From assembly GCA_965226885.1 (NCBI GenBank), contig CBDDEL010000017.1, forward strand, positions 32,001 to 96,000: DNA of 64,000 nucleotides, in the 5' to 3' direction. The notes under the pieces were generated by a model. That model searched no databases. It was not told the origin of the DNA and worked only from the letters and a program-made list of their open reading frames with translations. Positions 38,855-50,379 of this stretch are shown in pieces (position 1 is the first letter of the stretch; each line of letters starts with the position of its first letter). The DNA is from Opitutales bacterium (lineage in GTDB: Bacteria > Verrucomicrobiota > Verrucomicrobiia > Opitutales > UBA2987). Made by a program: the position numbers and the translations under genes.

Positions 38855-41296
38855 ATGATCATGACTAAGCCGATCAAGAAAATTGCGAGCGCCCGATGGA
38901 TTTCCGAGCATGGCGGCCTTGTCGAATTGTGCCGGGATTGGAAGTTCGCCGATCTTCCGCCGCTGTTTTCCACTTTGGACAAGAGGCCTTTGAGTGAATT
39001 GCAACGGGCTTCACCGCTACTTTTTGCCGAGAAAAGTGGGTATTTTGTCGAGGGGGAATTGGTTACGTTCGTGATTTTCCCCGATCATTATCCAAATATC
39101 GAACTGGAAAATCGGGTCTTGTATGTGGTCGGAGATTTCAATGATTGGGGAAATGCCGAGTGTGAGAATAGATGGATATTGCAACCCATTGAGGCGGATG
39201 GGCAAAGGCGCCTGGAGTTAAAAGCGCCTCAAAAGAGTTGTTATGATCGAAAATGGTCGCAGTTTAAATTCGTTACCGATGACGGCCAATGGCTGGAGGC
39301 GCCTGCCGACGCCCCCAACGCTGGTTACGACCGCCGGGGTCACCGAAATTTTCGCATCCATCCGCACCAGACGGGACGGCATATTTTTACCTTTACCAGG
39401 TCGCAACTGGAAGGATTCGACGGGGGAGGGGGTGTGCTGTGGAAAGAGGGCGATTATGAGGAAGTGGCAGGGTTGGTCCAGGGCGACTATTTCCTGAAAG
39501 CCGGAACCGATTTGGCGCTGGGAGCCATCGTTGAAAAGAACCGGACCGTTTTCCGCTTATTTGCACCGAGGGCTACGGGCGCGACTGTATCCATTTTCAA
39601 GGATTTGCAGAATACAAACAGCAAGGAGGTCCTGGAGATGGAACGGGTGGACGCCACTACATGGGAGGCTGTTTTTACCCTCAACCTGCACGGCTATTAT
39701 TATCATTTCAATCTGGAGGACAGCCATAACCAGAAGCATACCGGGATCGTTCCCGGTCACGATATTCTCGACCCTTACGCAATTGTGGCGGTAGGTCCGG
39801 GCGGACCCGGAATCGTTTGGGACCGGTTCCTGATCGATAAACCGGCGAAAAATTTTGTTCCGCCAGCGCGGGTGGACCTGGTCATCATGGAGGCGCATGT
39901 GCGGGACCTTACGGCACGGGCGCCGATCGATCTGGACGAGCGCGAGCGATTGGGATTCAGCGGACTTCGGAAATGGATCGAAAGCGAGGAATTTTATGCG
40001 ACATCTCTCGGAGTCAATGCCCTGGAATTGCAGCCGGTGCAGCAATACGATGTGGGGGAGGCGGCGTTTTACCAATGGGGCTATATGCCGGTAAATTATT
40101 TCTCGCCCCATGCGGGGTATGCAAGTTTTCCGAATCGAGGTTCACAGATTCGAGATTTTCAAGACCTGGTGACGGCCTGCCACAGCCGGGGTTTGGCCGT
40201 TATCCTGGATGTCGTTTACAACCACACGGGCGAGCCCAATCATCTGGGCCGTATCGACAAACGATACTTTTTTGAACTGGATAATAAGGGCGAATTTTTC
40301 AACTGGAGCGGGACCGGCAACACCCTTCGAGGCAACAGCCCGATGGCTCGCAGGCTCATCATCGAAAGTCTCATTCATTTGATGGAAATATACGATGTGG
40401 ACGGATTTAGATTCGATTTGGCCGAGTTGATCGGTGTGGAAACCCTTCGTGAGATTGAAAAAGCCCTGAAAAAAGTTCGTCCCTCGGTGATATTAATTGC
40501 CGAGCCGTGGAGTTTTCGGGGGCATATCGCCAAAAACCTCAAAGCCACCGGATATTCTTCCTGGAATGACGGATTCCGTAATTTCATGCGCCAATACCTG
40601 ATGGGTCACGGCGACCTGGAGGGGATTCAATTTTACCTTGCCGGTTCGCCCGGTCACCTGACTTCGTTTCCCGCCCAAACGATCAATTATGTGGAATCCC
40701 ACGATGACCGCTGCTGGCTCGATAATATTACCGAATACCCCGGCCACAACGGGTCGGACCCGACCTTTTTGGATCGCAGGAGAACACATTTGATGGTGGC
40801 GATTCTCATGAGTTCGCTTGGCATCCCCATGATATCAGCCGGCCAGGATATGCTTCGCTCGAAGGGAGGCGTGCACAATACCTACTTACGGGGCGATTTG
40901 AACGCTCTGGACTATGATCGGATGCTGCGTTTTTCTGGCACTCATGAGTATTTCCGCAACTGGATTCGTTTTCGGCTTTCGGCAAAGGGCAGGGCGTTTC
41001 GCCTATCTTCGCATCCTGGCAAAGAGTATTTGCGTTTTTTTGACACCGCCGGATCCAGTGCCCTGGCGGTATTGTATAATGCCGATGGCAGCGTGGTACT
41101 GGAGCGCATTCTTTTCGCTGTCAACCCCCACAATGAGGAGGTTGCCCTAAAATTAAACGACATTGCGCTTAAAGAGTGGACACAGGTTGCGGATCATGAA
41201 CGGTTTGCGGAAACCGGTCTGGATGCCGCTCTTTTACGTTGCGAAGGAAAAATCCTTCACCTGCCCGCCATGAGCTGCGGTCTCTGGGTGGAGTGA
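38855..41296 (+). CDS. GH13 pullulanase/isoamylase-like debranching enzyme
   Basis: WGYMP, LDVVYNHT, catalytic FRFD / AEPW / SHDD; N-terminal YVVGDFNDW CBM-like module. Confidence 0.9.
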   Translation: MIMTKPIKKIASARWISEHGGLVELCRDWKFADLPPLFSTLDKRPLSELQRASPLLFAEKSGYFVEGELVTFVIFPDHYPNIELENRVLYVVGDFNDWGNAECENRWILQPIEADGQRRLELKAPQKSCYDRKWSQFKFVTDDGQWLEAPADAPNAGYDRRGHRNFRIHPHQTGRHIFTFTRSQLEGFDGGGGVLWKEGDYEEVAGLVQGDYFLKAGTDLALGAIVEKNRTVFRLFAPRATGATVSIFKDLQNTNSKEVLEMERVDATTWEAVFTLNLHGYYYHFNLEDSHNQKHTGIVPGHDILDPYAIVAVGPGGPGIVWDRFLIDKPAKNFVPPARVDLVIMEAHVRDLTARAPIDLDERERLGFSGLRKWIESEEFYATSLGVNALELQPVQQYDVGEAAFYQWGYMPVNYFSPHAGYASFPNRGSQIRDFQDLVTACHSRGLAVILDVVYNHTGEPNHLGRIDKRYFFELDNKGEFFNWSGTGNTLRGNSPMARRLIIESLIHLMEIYDVDGFRFDLAELIGVETLREIEKALKKVRPSVILIAEPWSFRGHIAKNLKATGYSSWNDGFRNFMRQYLMGHGDLEGIQFYLAGSPGHLTSFPAQTINYVESHDDRCWLDNITEYPGHNGSDPTFLDRRRTHLMVAILMSSLGIPMISAGQDMLRSKGGVHNTYLRGDLNALDYDRMLRFSGTHEYFRNWIRFRLSAKGRAFRLSSHPGKEYLRFFDTAGSSALAVLYNADGSVVLERILFAVNPHNEEVALKLNDIALKEWTQVADHERFAETGLDAALLRCEGKILHLPAMSCGLWVE

Positions 41297-41308
41297 AAAT
41301 CAATTTAA

Positions 41309-42490
<1,182 letters not shown>

Positions 42491-42563
42491 ACATCTTTCA
42501 AATCCCGTTTTATCCATCCAGTGTTGCATTGATCGGCGATTGACGATCAAGCTGGTTTTATAA

Positions 42564-43769
42564 ATGAAAACCCTTCGTGATATTTCCCCCAAGGGCAAAC
42601 GCGTATTTGTCAGAGTGGATTTTAACGTGCCCTTCGATTCGGGGGGCGAAATATCCGACAGCACGAGGATTGAGGCAGCTCTTCCCACCATCAAGCATTT
42701 GCAGGGCGAGGGCGCAAAAGTCATCCTGGCCAGTCATCTGGGCCGCCCCAAAGGGGAGCGGAATCCTCAATTCAGTCTCCAGCCGGTAGCGGCGGAACTT
42801 GCCAGAAAACTGGGGCAGCCGGTTATATTCTTGGAAGATTGCGTGGGCCCGGAAGTGGAATCGGCAGTGGGCGGAATCTACGACGGTTCGGTTGTCCTGC
42901 TGGAAAATCTCCGCTTTCATCCAGGTGAGGAAAAAAATGACGCTGAATTTAGCAGAGGATTGGCCCGGCTGACCGAAATTTATGTTAACGATGCCTTTGG
43001 TGTGGCCCACCGGGCCCACGCCTCGACTGCGGGTTTGCCGGCCTTGATAGAGGAAAAAGCGGGCGGATTCCTTCTCCAAAGGGAACTGGCTTATCTGGGC
43101 GAAAAGACTGAAAATCCGGAGCGTCCCTTCGTGGTCATACTGGGCGGAGCCAAAGTGAGCGATAAAATCGGGGTCATCGACGCTCTGCTGGAAAAAGCGG
43201 ATTCCATTTTAATCGGCGGAGCGATGGCTTATACATTCAGCCTGGCACAAGGCTTCGAGGTCGGTTCCAGTCTCTGCGAACCAGACAAAATTGAATTAGC
43301 CAAAAACATCCTCGAAGCGGCCCGGAAAAAGGGCGTCAAATTCCTGCTCCCGGTCGATCATTTGATTGCTGAAAAACTGGATTTCAAAACATTCGCTACG
43401 GGAGAGTTGCGCGTAGTCGAAGGTAGTTTTCCGGAGGGCTGGTCGGGAGTCGATATCGGTTCGAAAACGATTGAGTTTTATTTGCATGAAATTGCTCATG
43501 CGCGAACCATCCTCTGGAATGGACCGATGGGAATTTTCGAGATTGAGTCCTGTCGCAAAGGGACTTTTGCGGTGGCCGAAGCGATTGCCGGAAATACCCA
43601 GGCAACTTCCATTCTGGGGGGAGGGGACTCCGTCAAGGCGATCAAAATGGGTGGTTTTGACGATGGCATCAGTTTCATCAGCACCGGGGGCGGGGCCAGC
43701 CTGGAATTTCTCGAAGGCAAACCGCTCCCCGGGGTATCGGCTCTGGAAGCAATCGAACAGTCCGCATGA
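42564..43769 (+). CDS. pgk: Phosphoglycerate kinase
   Basis: [41 protein letters not shown]. Confidence 0.97.
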   Translation: MKTLRDISPKGKRVFVRVDFNVPFDSGGEISDSTRIEAALPTIKHLQGEGAKVILASHLGRPKGERNPQFSLQPVAAELARKLGQPVIFLEDCVGPEVESAVGGIYDGSVVLLENLRFHPGEEKNDAEFSRGLARLTEIYVNDAFGVAHRAHASTAGLPALIEEKAGGFLLQRELAYLGEKTENPERPFVVILGGAKVSDKIGVIDALLEKADSILIGGAMAYTFSLAQGFEVGSSLCEPDKIELAKNILEAARKKGVKFLLPVDHLIAEKLDFKTFATGELRVVEGSFPEGWSGVDIGSKTIEFYLHEIAHARTILWNGPMGIFEIESCRKGTFAVAEAIAGNTQATSILGGGDSVKAIKMGGFDDGISFISTGGGASLEFLEGKPLPGVSALEAIEQSA

Positions 43770-44818
43770 AATCACTTTTTTTCAGTATCTACCTGTCATT
43801 TCTGTGGGCCGCCTTGGCCAACGCTCAAACTGTCATTGATCCAATACCCGATGGTTACTATAGTACAGCAGAGGGCAAAACAGGGACGGAGTTGGCCGAT
43901 GCCCTCCATGACATCATCGACGATCACTTCAGCATTGGATATACTCCGACACGTGAGGCATTACCAATTACGGACATGGATCCTTCGAATCCCAACAATA
44001 CGATCTTAATTTATTCGAGAGACTCGGTACCCTTCACCACTCTTACCGGAATTTATAATCGGGAACATCTCTGGCCACGTTCGAGGGGCATCGGCAGTTC
44101 CGGACCGGATAATTCGGACCTGTTCAACCTTCGCCCAAGTCATGTTTCCACCAACAGCGACCGGGGCAATTTGATTTTCGATGAAAGCGATGTAAATGAC
44201 TCCGGTTATCGACCGCCGGGATCTTTTTCATTGGCGCCCGAGGTATCCCGCGATTCGGATTCGTGGGAGCCGCCCAACAGCGTGAAAGGGGCCATCGCCC
44301 GGTCGATGTTTTATATGGCCGTTCGTTACGATGGGAGCGATTCCGCTACCACCGACCTGGTTTTGACCAACGATTCGCAATTATCCAGTACGGAATTGGG
44401 CGCCCTGGACACCCTGCTTACCTGGCACCGGCAGTTTCCCGTGACCGATGCGGAACGCCTCCGAAACCAGAAAATTTTCGACCAATTTCAGCATAATCGT
44501 AACCCATTCATCGATTTCCCGGATTTTGCCGAGATGATTTACGGCACTGAATCACCCGACGTTTTTGGTGGGGTTGCGATTATTGGATTCTCTGGATGGC
44601 GCAGTTCATCCTGGTACAAGAACTATAACGCGGAGTTCTGGCCCTGGATTTATCATGACGAGCACGGGTGGCAATATGTTGACGCAAATAGCGCCGAAAA
44701 CGAAATATTTATTTGGGATTTTGGCCTCAACGAATGGATTTTCCTGAACGAATCCACCTATCGCTGGATTTATATCTTCGGGGATAATCCGGGTTGGATT
44801 TTTACTTTTTACCTTTGA
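43766..44818 (+). CDS. Secreted endonuclease I / Bsn-like nuclease with Trp-rich C-terminal domain (tail probably frameshifted; corrected stop 44903)
   Basis: Signal peptide, NREHLWPRS, DLFNLRP, KGAIARSMFYMAVRY, QHNRNPFID. Confidence 0.88.
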   Translation: MKSLFFSIYLSFLWAALANAQTVIDPIPDGYYSTAEGKTGTELADALHDIIDDHFSIGYTPTREALPITDMDPSNPNNTILIYSRDSVPFTTLTGIYNREHLWPRSRGIGSSGPDNSDLFNLRPSHVSTNSDRGNLIFDESDVNDSGYRPPGSFSLAPEVSRDSDSWEPPNSVKGAIARSMFYMAVRYDGSDSATTDLVLTNDSQLSSTELGALDTLLTWHRQFPVTDAERLRNQKIFDQFQHNRNPFIDFPDFAEMIYGTESPDVFGGVAIIGFSGWRSSSWYKNYNAEFWPWIYHDEHGWQYVDANSAENEIFIWDFGLNEWIFLNESTYRWIYIFGDNPGWIFTFYL

Positions 44819-44927
44819 AACTAATACCCCGCAAAGCCGATTCTTTCAGAGATTCGACGATGGAAGCTTATTCAGCATCCCGGCAGGGTTGACCCCCGAT
44901 TGATTTTATTAATTATTTTCAGGCGCA

Positions 44928-45956
44928 ATGGTATTTGAAATTCTGCCTCAGGTAACCAAGGGGTGGATGCAAATGGGCATTTCCATCGGTGTCATCTTGC
45001 TGGTCCTTGGGTTTTTCTTTTTCCGGATGGTGTCCATGCCGGGGAAAACCTACTCCGGTACTTTGCCTAAGCTGGACGGGGAGGAGGCGGAAACGGCCCG
45101 AAATCTCCAACGCCATGTTGGCAAGCTGGCTCACGAAATTGGAGAGCGGAATTACGTTGCTTACGCAGGTTTGCTAGCCGCCGCCGAATACCTGGAAAAG
45201 ACCCTGGGGGAATTGGGGTATAAAGTTCGGTCACAAACCTTCGACATTCCCGCGGGCGTGGTGAGGAACCTCGAGGTCGAACTTCCCGGCAAGGCGCGGC
45301 CCGAAGAAATTATCGTTATCGGCGGGCACTACGATTCTGTTGTCGGCTCCCCGGGGGCGGACGATAATGCCACCGGCTCAGCCGCAGTGATTGAGCTGGC
45401 TCGAATCTTTGCTCAAAAAAGGCTGCAAAAAACCATTCGCTTTGTCCTCTTTGTCAACGAGGAAGATCCCCATTTTCAAACGCCGACTATGGGTAGTCTG
45501 GTTTACGCCAATGAGCTTCACGAGCGGGGAAATAATGTAGTGGCGATGTTCTCCCTTGAGTCCATCGGGTATTTTTCCGGCCAGGCCGATTCGCAGAATT
45601 ATCCGTTCCCTTTCAGCCTTCTTTATCCGGACAAGGGTAATTTTATAGGTTTTGTGGGCAACCTAGGGTCCCGCGGCCTCGTTCGCCGATCCTTGGATAT
45701 TTTCCGCAACAACTGCATTTTCCCATCAGAGGGGCTCGCAGCTTTGGAAATAATACCGGGCATCGGCTGGTCGGACCACTGGCCGTTTTGGAAATTCGGC
45801 TACAAGGCATTAATGGTCACCGATACGGCCCCGTTTCGAAATCCCCATTATCATCTCGCAACAGACACCATCGAGACCATTGACTATGCCTCCATGGCCC
45901 GGATTGTGCACGGCCTTGAGGCCGTCATATCCAATTTGGCCGGAGAAACAGAATAG
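44928..45956 (+). CDS. M28 family peptidase
   Basis: GGHYDS, GADDNATG, NEE, SDHWPF, HYH. Confidence 0.88.
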   Translation: MVFEILPQVTKGWMQMGISIGVILLVLGFFFFRMVSMPGKTYSGTLPKLDGEEAETARNLQRHVGKLAHEIGERNYVAYAGLLAAAEYLEKTLGELGYKVRSQTFDIPAGVVRNLEVELPGKARPEEIIVIGGHYDSVVGSPGADDNATGSAAVIELARIFAQKRLQKTIRFVLFVNEEDPHFQTPTMGSLVYANELHERGNNVVAMFSLESIGYFSGQADSQNYPFPFSLLYPDKGNFIGFVGNLGSRGLVRRSLDIFRNNCIFPSEGLAALEIIPGIGWSDHWPFWKFGYKALMVTDTAPFRNPHYHLATDTIETIDYASMARIVHGLEAVISNLAGETE

Positions 45957-46016
45957 GTCGGCTGCTTTGCCATTGAAGTCAGCCAGTGAGCTATTGTTGA
46001 TCTGTCCAAAAGGGCT

Positions 46017-46583
46017 CTACCTGACGACTATCAGATCGCAGCGGCGATCGTTGGCCATTTGGTCGGACGAACCTTCCTCTATCGCATCGAAGTCGCCTTT
46101 TGAATTGGTTTCCATACGATCTTCTGCCACGCCTAGGGCTGCCAAGTACTGTTTTACATTGTTCGCTCTGCGATCGCCCAGGGCCAGATTGTATTCGGTG
46201 GTTCCCCGCCAGTCGCAATGGCCCTCGATGAGAAGTTTGTCGTTGGGATTGTCGAGCAAGTGGGCTGCGGCGCCCTGAAGTATTTCACGCTGGCCGGGTA
46301 AAATGGAGACTAGGTCATAATCAAAAAATACCGGGGACAGTAAATCCGGCAATTGATTGTCCACCGACATAAAGTCGGAATCCGGTGCCCTGACATTCAA
46401 TAATCCCGATTCTCCGGTATAGGCATCGGTCACAATCGTATAATCGATTCTTTCACCGCCGGGCCCTAAAATGGTGTCCTGAGGTGTGGGGTCGGGGTTT
46501 TTTTTGCCGCACCCAGCCAGTGCCAGCGCCAGTATTAGAGGAATCAGAGCCAGTAAAAGATATTTTCGGCCTTTCATAAGCAT
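46017..46583 (-). CDS. pal: OmpA/Pal-family peptidoglycan-associated lipoprotein
   Basis: Lipobox LAGC; EGHCDWRGTTEYNLALGDRRA. Confidence 0.85.
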   Translation of the reverse strand: MLMKGRKYLLLALIPLILALALAGCGKKNPDPTPQDTILGPGGERIDYTIVTDAYTGESGLLNVRAPDSDFMSVDNQLPDLLSPVFFDYDLVSILPGQREILQGAAAHLLDNPNDKLLIEGHCDWRGTTEYNLALGDRRANNVKQYLAALGVAEDRMETNSKGDFDAIEEGSSDQMANDRRCDLIVVR

Positions 46584-46641
46584 AAGTAGTATGTGTTTTT
46601 CAGTTTGAATTGGAACTTTTTATTGATGGGAACGTAAATTT

Positions 46642-47295
46642 TTATGGACGCCCCGGCGTGTCGATCAATCCTTGCTCAATGGCAAACCGGGTGAGCCCGG
46701 CGACATCGTGCAAATCAAGTTTCTTCATCAGGTTGGTGCGATGGTTTTCGGCTGTTTTCACACTGATGTTGAGCTTGCTGGCGACTTCTTTTGTGCTGTG
46801 GCTTTCGGCAATGAGCTGTAGAATTTCCCGCTCGCGGGTGGTCAACAATTCCAGAACCGGATTTTGCGAAGAAGGGTTGGCCACCGCTTCACGCAAGTGG
46901 CGGGCCACATCCGGGCCAAAATAACTACCTCCATTGGCGACCGCCTGGATTCCATTTTTAAGCTCAGACAGAGGCGCAGATTTTTCCACAAAACCGTGGG
47001 CTCCGGCTTGCAGCAGCTCTCGAATCAAAGAGGTGTTCTGGTATCCAGAAAATACCAGCACCCTGGTTTTTTTAAGAGACTTGGAAAACCTGCGCAAAAC
47101 TTCCGTACCGTTAAGGCCGGGCAGCATGACATCGAGAATGACAAAGTCCGGCTTCAATTCGATGCAGAGATTGTAAGCGGCCTGTCCGTCACCCGATTCG
47201 GCGACGACATCAAAATCGGGCTGTGAGGAGATAATTTCAGCAATCATCTCCCGAACCGCAGTTTGATCTTCAATTATAACAACTCTTTTTATCAT
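46642..47295 (-). CDS. NarL/LuxR-family response regulator
   Basis: REC domain (ED, LDVMLP, K) plus LTTREREIL...KTAENHR HTH; no adjacent kinase. Confidence 0.93.
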   Translation of the reverse strand: MIKRVVIIEDQTAVREMIAEIISSQPDFDVVAESGDGQAAYNLCIELKPDFVILDVMLPGLNGTEVLRRFSKSLKKTRVLVFSGYQNTSLIRELLQAGAHGFVEKSAPLSELKNGIQAVANGGSYFGPDVARHLREAVANPSSQNPVLELLTTREREILQLIAESHSTKEVASKLNISVKTAENHRTNLMKKLDLHDVAGLTRFAIEQGLIDTPGRP

Positions 47296-47515
47296 CCGTA
47301 GGGTGGAAAACAGTTTCCAAGACTAAGTTAATCAGCTATTTGAAACATTCCATCGGCGCAATATAATTCTGGGATTGCCATTGATTTTTAATGATTTGCG
47401 AAATTCAAGGAAATCGAATATCTTAAATCCATTACTTGTGTGAATAAAGGGGACTGTTGACGCCTCCTGTTTAGAACTGGCAGCAACCCAATGACAGACT
47501 GGAAAGTGAATAAAA

Positions 47516-48289
47516 ATGTTTGCTAGATTGGCCCTTTGGCTGGGAGGAATCGGGACCTTCCATGTGAAGCGATTGGGACGCTCGGGGATTTTTCTGATCG
47601 AGAGCCTGGCCTGTTTGTTGTCGCCGCCCATCAAATGGGGGCGGATTGTCAGGCGCATACAATTTATCGGCTGGCAATCAACCGGATTGATCTGCCTGAC
47701 GGGAGTATTTACCGGCATGGTCCTGGCCTTGCAGGGCCATAACACATTGAAAAGAGTTGGCTCGGAAGCTCTTTTGGGTCCGCTTGTGGCGCTCTCCTTG
47801 ATTCGCGAACTAGGGCCTGTTCTGGCCGCTTTGCTAGTTACGGGCCGGGCCGGCTCGGCCTTGACGGCGGAAATTTCCATCATGCGCAATAACGAGCAGA
47901 TTGACGCCATGCAGCTGATGGGGCTGAATCCGTTGCGCTACCTCGTTCTTCCCGTCATGGTGGCGGGTGTCATTGCGCTCACTATTTTAACCTGGATATT
48001 CGATGTTACTGGAATTTTTGGAGGCTATTTAATTGGCGTAAAACTGTTAGGGCTGCCTTCGGGAACTTATTTTGGGGAAATCAGCCGCTACCTGGTTATG
48101 GACGATATTGTGGGCGGCATTTACAAATCCTTGAGTTTCGGCCTCATCATGACCTGGATCTGTTGTTACAAGGGTTATTTTACCGGACTGGGAGCCGAAG
48201 GCGCCGGGCGGGCCACCACGCAGGCGGTGGTCACCACATCGGTCTTTATCCTGATATGGGACTTTTTTGTTACTACCGTTATTTTTTAG
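47516..48289 (+). CDS. mlaE: MlaE family lipid-asymmetry ABC permease
   Basis: RELGPVLAALLVTGRAGSA, EQIDAM, GAEGAGRATT. Confidence 0.92.
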   Translation: MFARLALWLGGIGTFHVKRLGRSGIFLIESLACLLSPPIKWGRIVRRIQFIGWQSTGLICLTGVFTGMVLALQGHNTLKRVGSEALLGPLVALSLIRELGPVLAALLVTGRAGSALTAEISIMRNNEQIDAMQLMGLNPLRYLVLPVMVAGVIALTILTWIFDVTGIFGGYLIGVKLLGLPSGTYFGEISRYLVMDDIVGGIYKSLSFGLIMTWICCYKGYFTGLGAEGAGRATTQAVVTTSVFILIWDFFVTTVIF

Positions 48290-48301
48290 GAATCCATCGA
48301 A

Positions 48302-49048
48302 ATGATTCGCGTTGAGAATTTAAGAAAATCATTGGCCGGAGCGGAGGTATTGCGGGATGTTTCCCTCTGCGTCGAGAAGGGCGAATTCCTGGCTTTAATA
48401 GGCGGGAGCGGGAGCGGGAAGAGCGTTTTGCTGAAGCATATCGTCGGCCTCATGCAGCCGGACTCGGGTCGCATTTGGATTGATGGCAAGGATCTGGGAT
48501 CGCTGCGCGGAAGCAGATTGGAACAGATGCGCCGCAGGTACGGGTTCGTATTTCAAAACGGCGCTCTGTTCGACTCCATGACCGTTTACGAAAACCTGGC
48601 CTTTCCCCTGCGGGAAAAAACCCGCCTAAGCGAAACAGAAATCAGGAAAAAAATCGCGCAAGAGCTGGAACAGGTCGAACTGGACGGAGTCGAATCGAAG
48701 TACCCTGCACAGTTAAGCGGAGGCATGGTTAAAAGAACCGCTTTGGCCAGAGCCCTCATAATGGATCCCGAAATCATATTCTTCGATGAACCGACCACGG
48801 GACTGGACCCCATCATTGCCGATTCTATGCTCAAGCTGTTCGAGAGATGTCATCAACAGTTAAATTTAACCGGCATCATCGTTTCCCATTTAATCCCGAA
48901 AATTTTTACCATCTCCCAGAAGGTAGCCATGCTGCACGAGGGAAAAATCATCAGCGCACCTTGCGAAAATGGTTCCATAATCACAGAAAATCGGATTTTA
49001 AAGCAATTTGTCGAGGGAACCACCGAAGGGCCCGTGCGTTATGAATAA
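48302..49048 (+). CDS. mlaF: MlaF family ABC ATPase
   Basis: GGSGSGKS, FQNGALFDS, LSGGM, DEPTTGLDP. Confidence 0.92.
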   Translation: MIRVENLRKSLAGAEVLRDVSLCVEKGEFLALIGGSGSGKSVLLKHIVGLMQPDSGRIWIDGKDLGSLRGSRLEQMRRRYGFVFQNGALFDSMTVYENLAFPLREKTRLSETEIRKKIAQELEQVELDGVESKYPAQLSGGMVKRTALARALIMDPEIIFFDEPTTGLDPIIADSMLKLFERCHQQLNLTGIIVSHLIPKIFTISQKVAMLHEGKIISAPCENGSIITENRILKQFVEGTTEGPVRYE

Positions 49049-49107
49049 CCTGGAATATTTACTGAAGAACCCATTAAAAAAATCCGCAAAGGCAGCATAA
49101 CTAAACT

Positions 49108-49554
49108 ATGAAAACGAGAGAGCATTATTTGGAATTTTCCGTCGGGCTTTTCATGATCCTTGGCTTGGCGGCGATAGGATACCTAAGCGTCAAACTCGCT
49201 AAAAAGGATTTTTTCGATACCGGCGGTTACCAGGTGCACGCTTTATTCTCCAATGTGGGAGGGCTCACCGCTGGCGCCCCAGTGGAAATTGCCGGTGTCC
49301 AAATCGGGCGCGTGAAAGCCATCACCCTCGACAATTATGACGCCAATGTCCTCATGATTATGGATGAGGGTGTGGAATTGCAGGAAGACGTCATTGCTTC
49401 GATCAAGACCAAGGGTTTGTTCGGGGAAAAATTCGTGGAAATCGTCCCCGGCGGGGTAGAGGAGGTCATTCAACCGGGGGGCTTGATTTTGGAAACGGAA
49501 CCGGCCATGGATTTTGAAGGACTCATATCTAAATTCGTACACGGGAAATTCTAA
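49108..49554 (+). CDS. mlaD: MlaD / MCE family protein
   Basis: VGLF TM anchor, GGLTAGAPVEIAGVQIGRV, TKGLFGEKF. Confidence 0.92.
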   Translation: MKTREHYLEFSVGLFMILGLAAIGYLSVKLAKKDFFDTGGYQVHALFSNVGGLTAGAPVEIAGVQIGRVKAITLDNYDANVLMIMDEGVELQEDVIASIKTKGLFGEKFVEIVPGGVEEVIQPGGLILETEPAMDFEGLISKFVHGKF

Positions 49555-49567
49555 CTTTTGGCCCTCA

Positions 49568-50215
49568 ATGCACCCGATACCGTTTCCAACAAGCGTCCGC
49601 TGGCGTTTAAAAGGGATTTTTTCTGTAACTCTTGTGATGGGGTTATTGTCAGCAACTTTGGCGATGGCGGGACTGCCCACGGACCTGATAAGGGAAACGA
49701 ATAAGAAATTAGTGGCTATTCTTGAGGATCCGGACCTCACGGATGCGGAAAAGCTTCCTCAAAAAAAGGTTCAAATTGGAAAAGTAGCGGACGAACGAGT
49801 CGATTGGTACGGTCTTTGCCAGAGATGCCTGGGGAGGCATTGGAGAGAACGGACAGCCGAAGAAAAAAAACTTTTTATATCCACCCTGACCCGATTCGTG
49901 AAAATTAAATACACCAATCAGATTCTTGATAATTTTGGAGATTTAAAGGAGATCGTCTATCAGGATGAGACCACTGTAGGCAGCTATGCCCTGGTGAAAA
50001 TTATATTGGTTACCAAGGATCATTTGGTAACTCCCATTTTTTATCGCATGAAATCGAATTCCGACGAATCCAATTGGGAAATCATAGATATCGTGATCGA
50101 AGGGACCAGCATGGTGAAGATTTACCGGACTCAGTTCGACGATATCCTCAGAAACGGCACGTTCGATGAGTTAATAGAAAAAATTAATTCCAAGACCATC
50201 GAGTTAACTTTATGA
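49568..50215 (+). CDS. mlaC: MlaC/Ttg2D family periplasmic binding protein
   Basis: LGRHW, W.IIDIVIEGTSMVKIYRTQF; operon position; start uncertain. Confidence 0.85.
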   Translation: MHPIPFPTSVRWRLKGIFSVTLVMGLLSATLAMAGLPTDLIRETNKKLVAILEDPDLTDAEKLPQKKVQIGKVADERVDWYGLCQRCLGRHWRERTAEEKKLFISTLTRFVKIKYTNQILDNFGDLKEIVYQDETTVGSYALVKIILVTKDHLVTPIFYRMKSNSDESNWEIIDIVIEGTSMVKIYRTQFDDILRNGTFDELIEKINSKTIELTL

Positions 50216-50379
50216 GGTTAAATGTCTAAATATCAAAGATTTAGGAAAATAGCATAAAACGCACAATATATATTATGTCTAATTATTATCTTCGTGTTTT
50301 AAGACCATATTGCCCTTTTAACTTTTCGACCTGAATTTTTTGGCTTTCCTCAGTATACTGAATTTCTCATGTTGAAATC

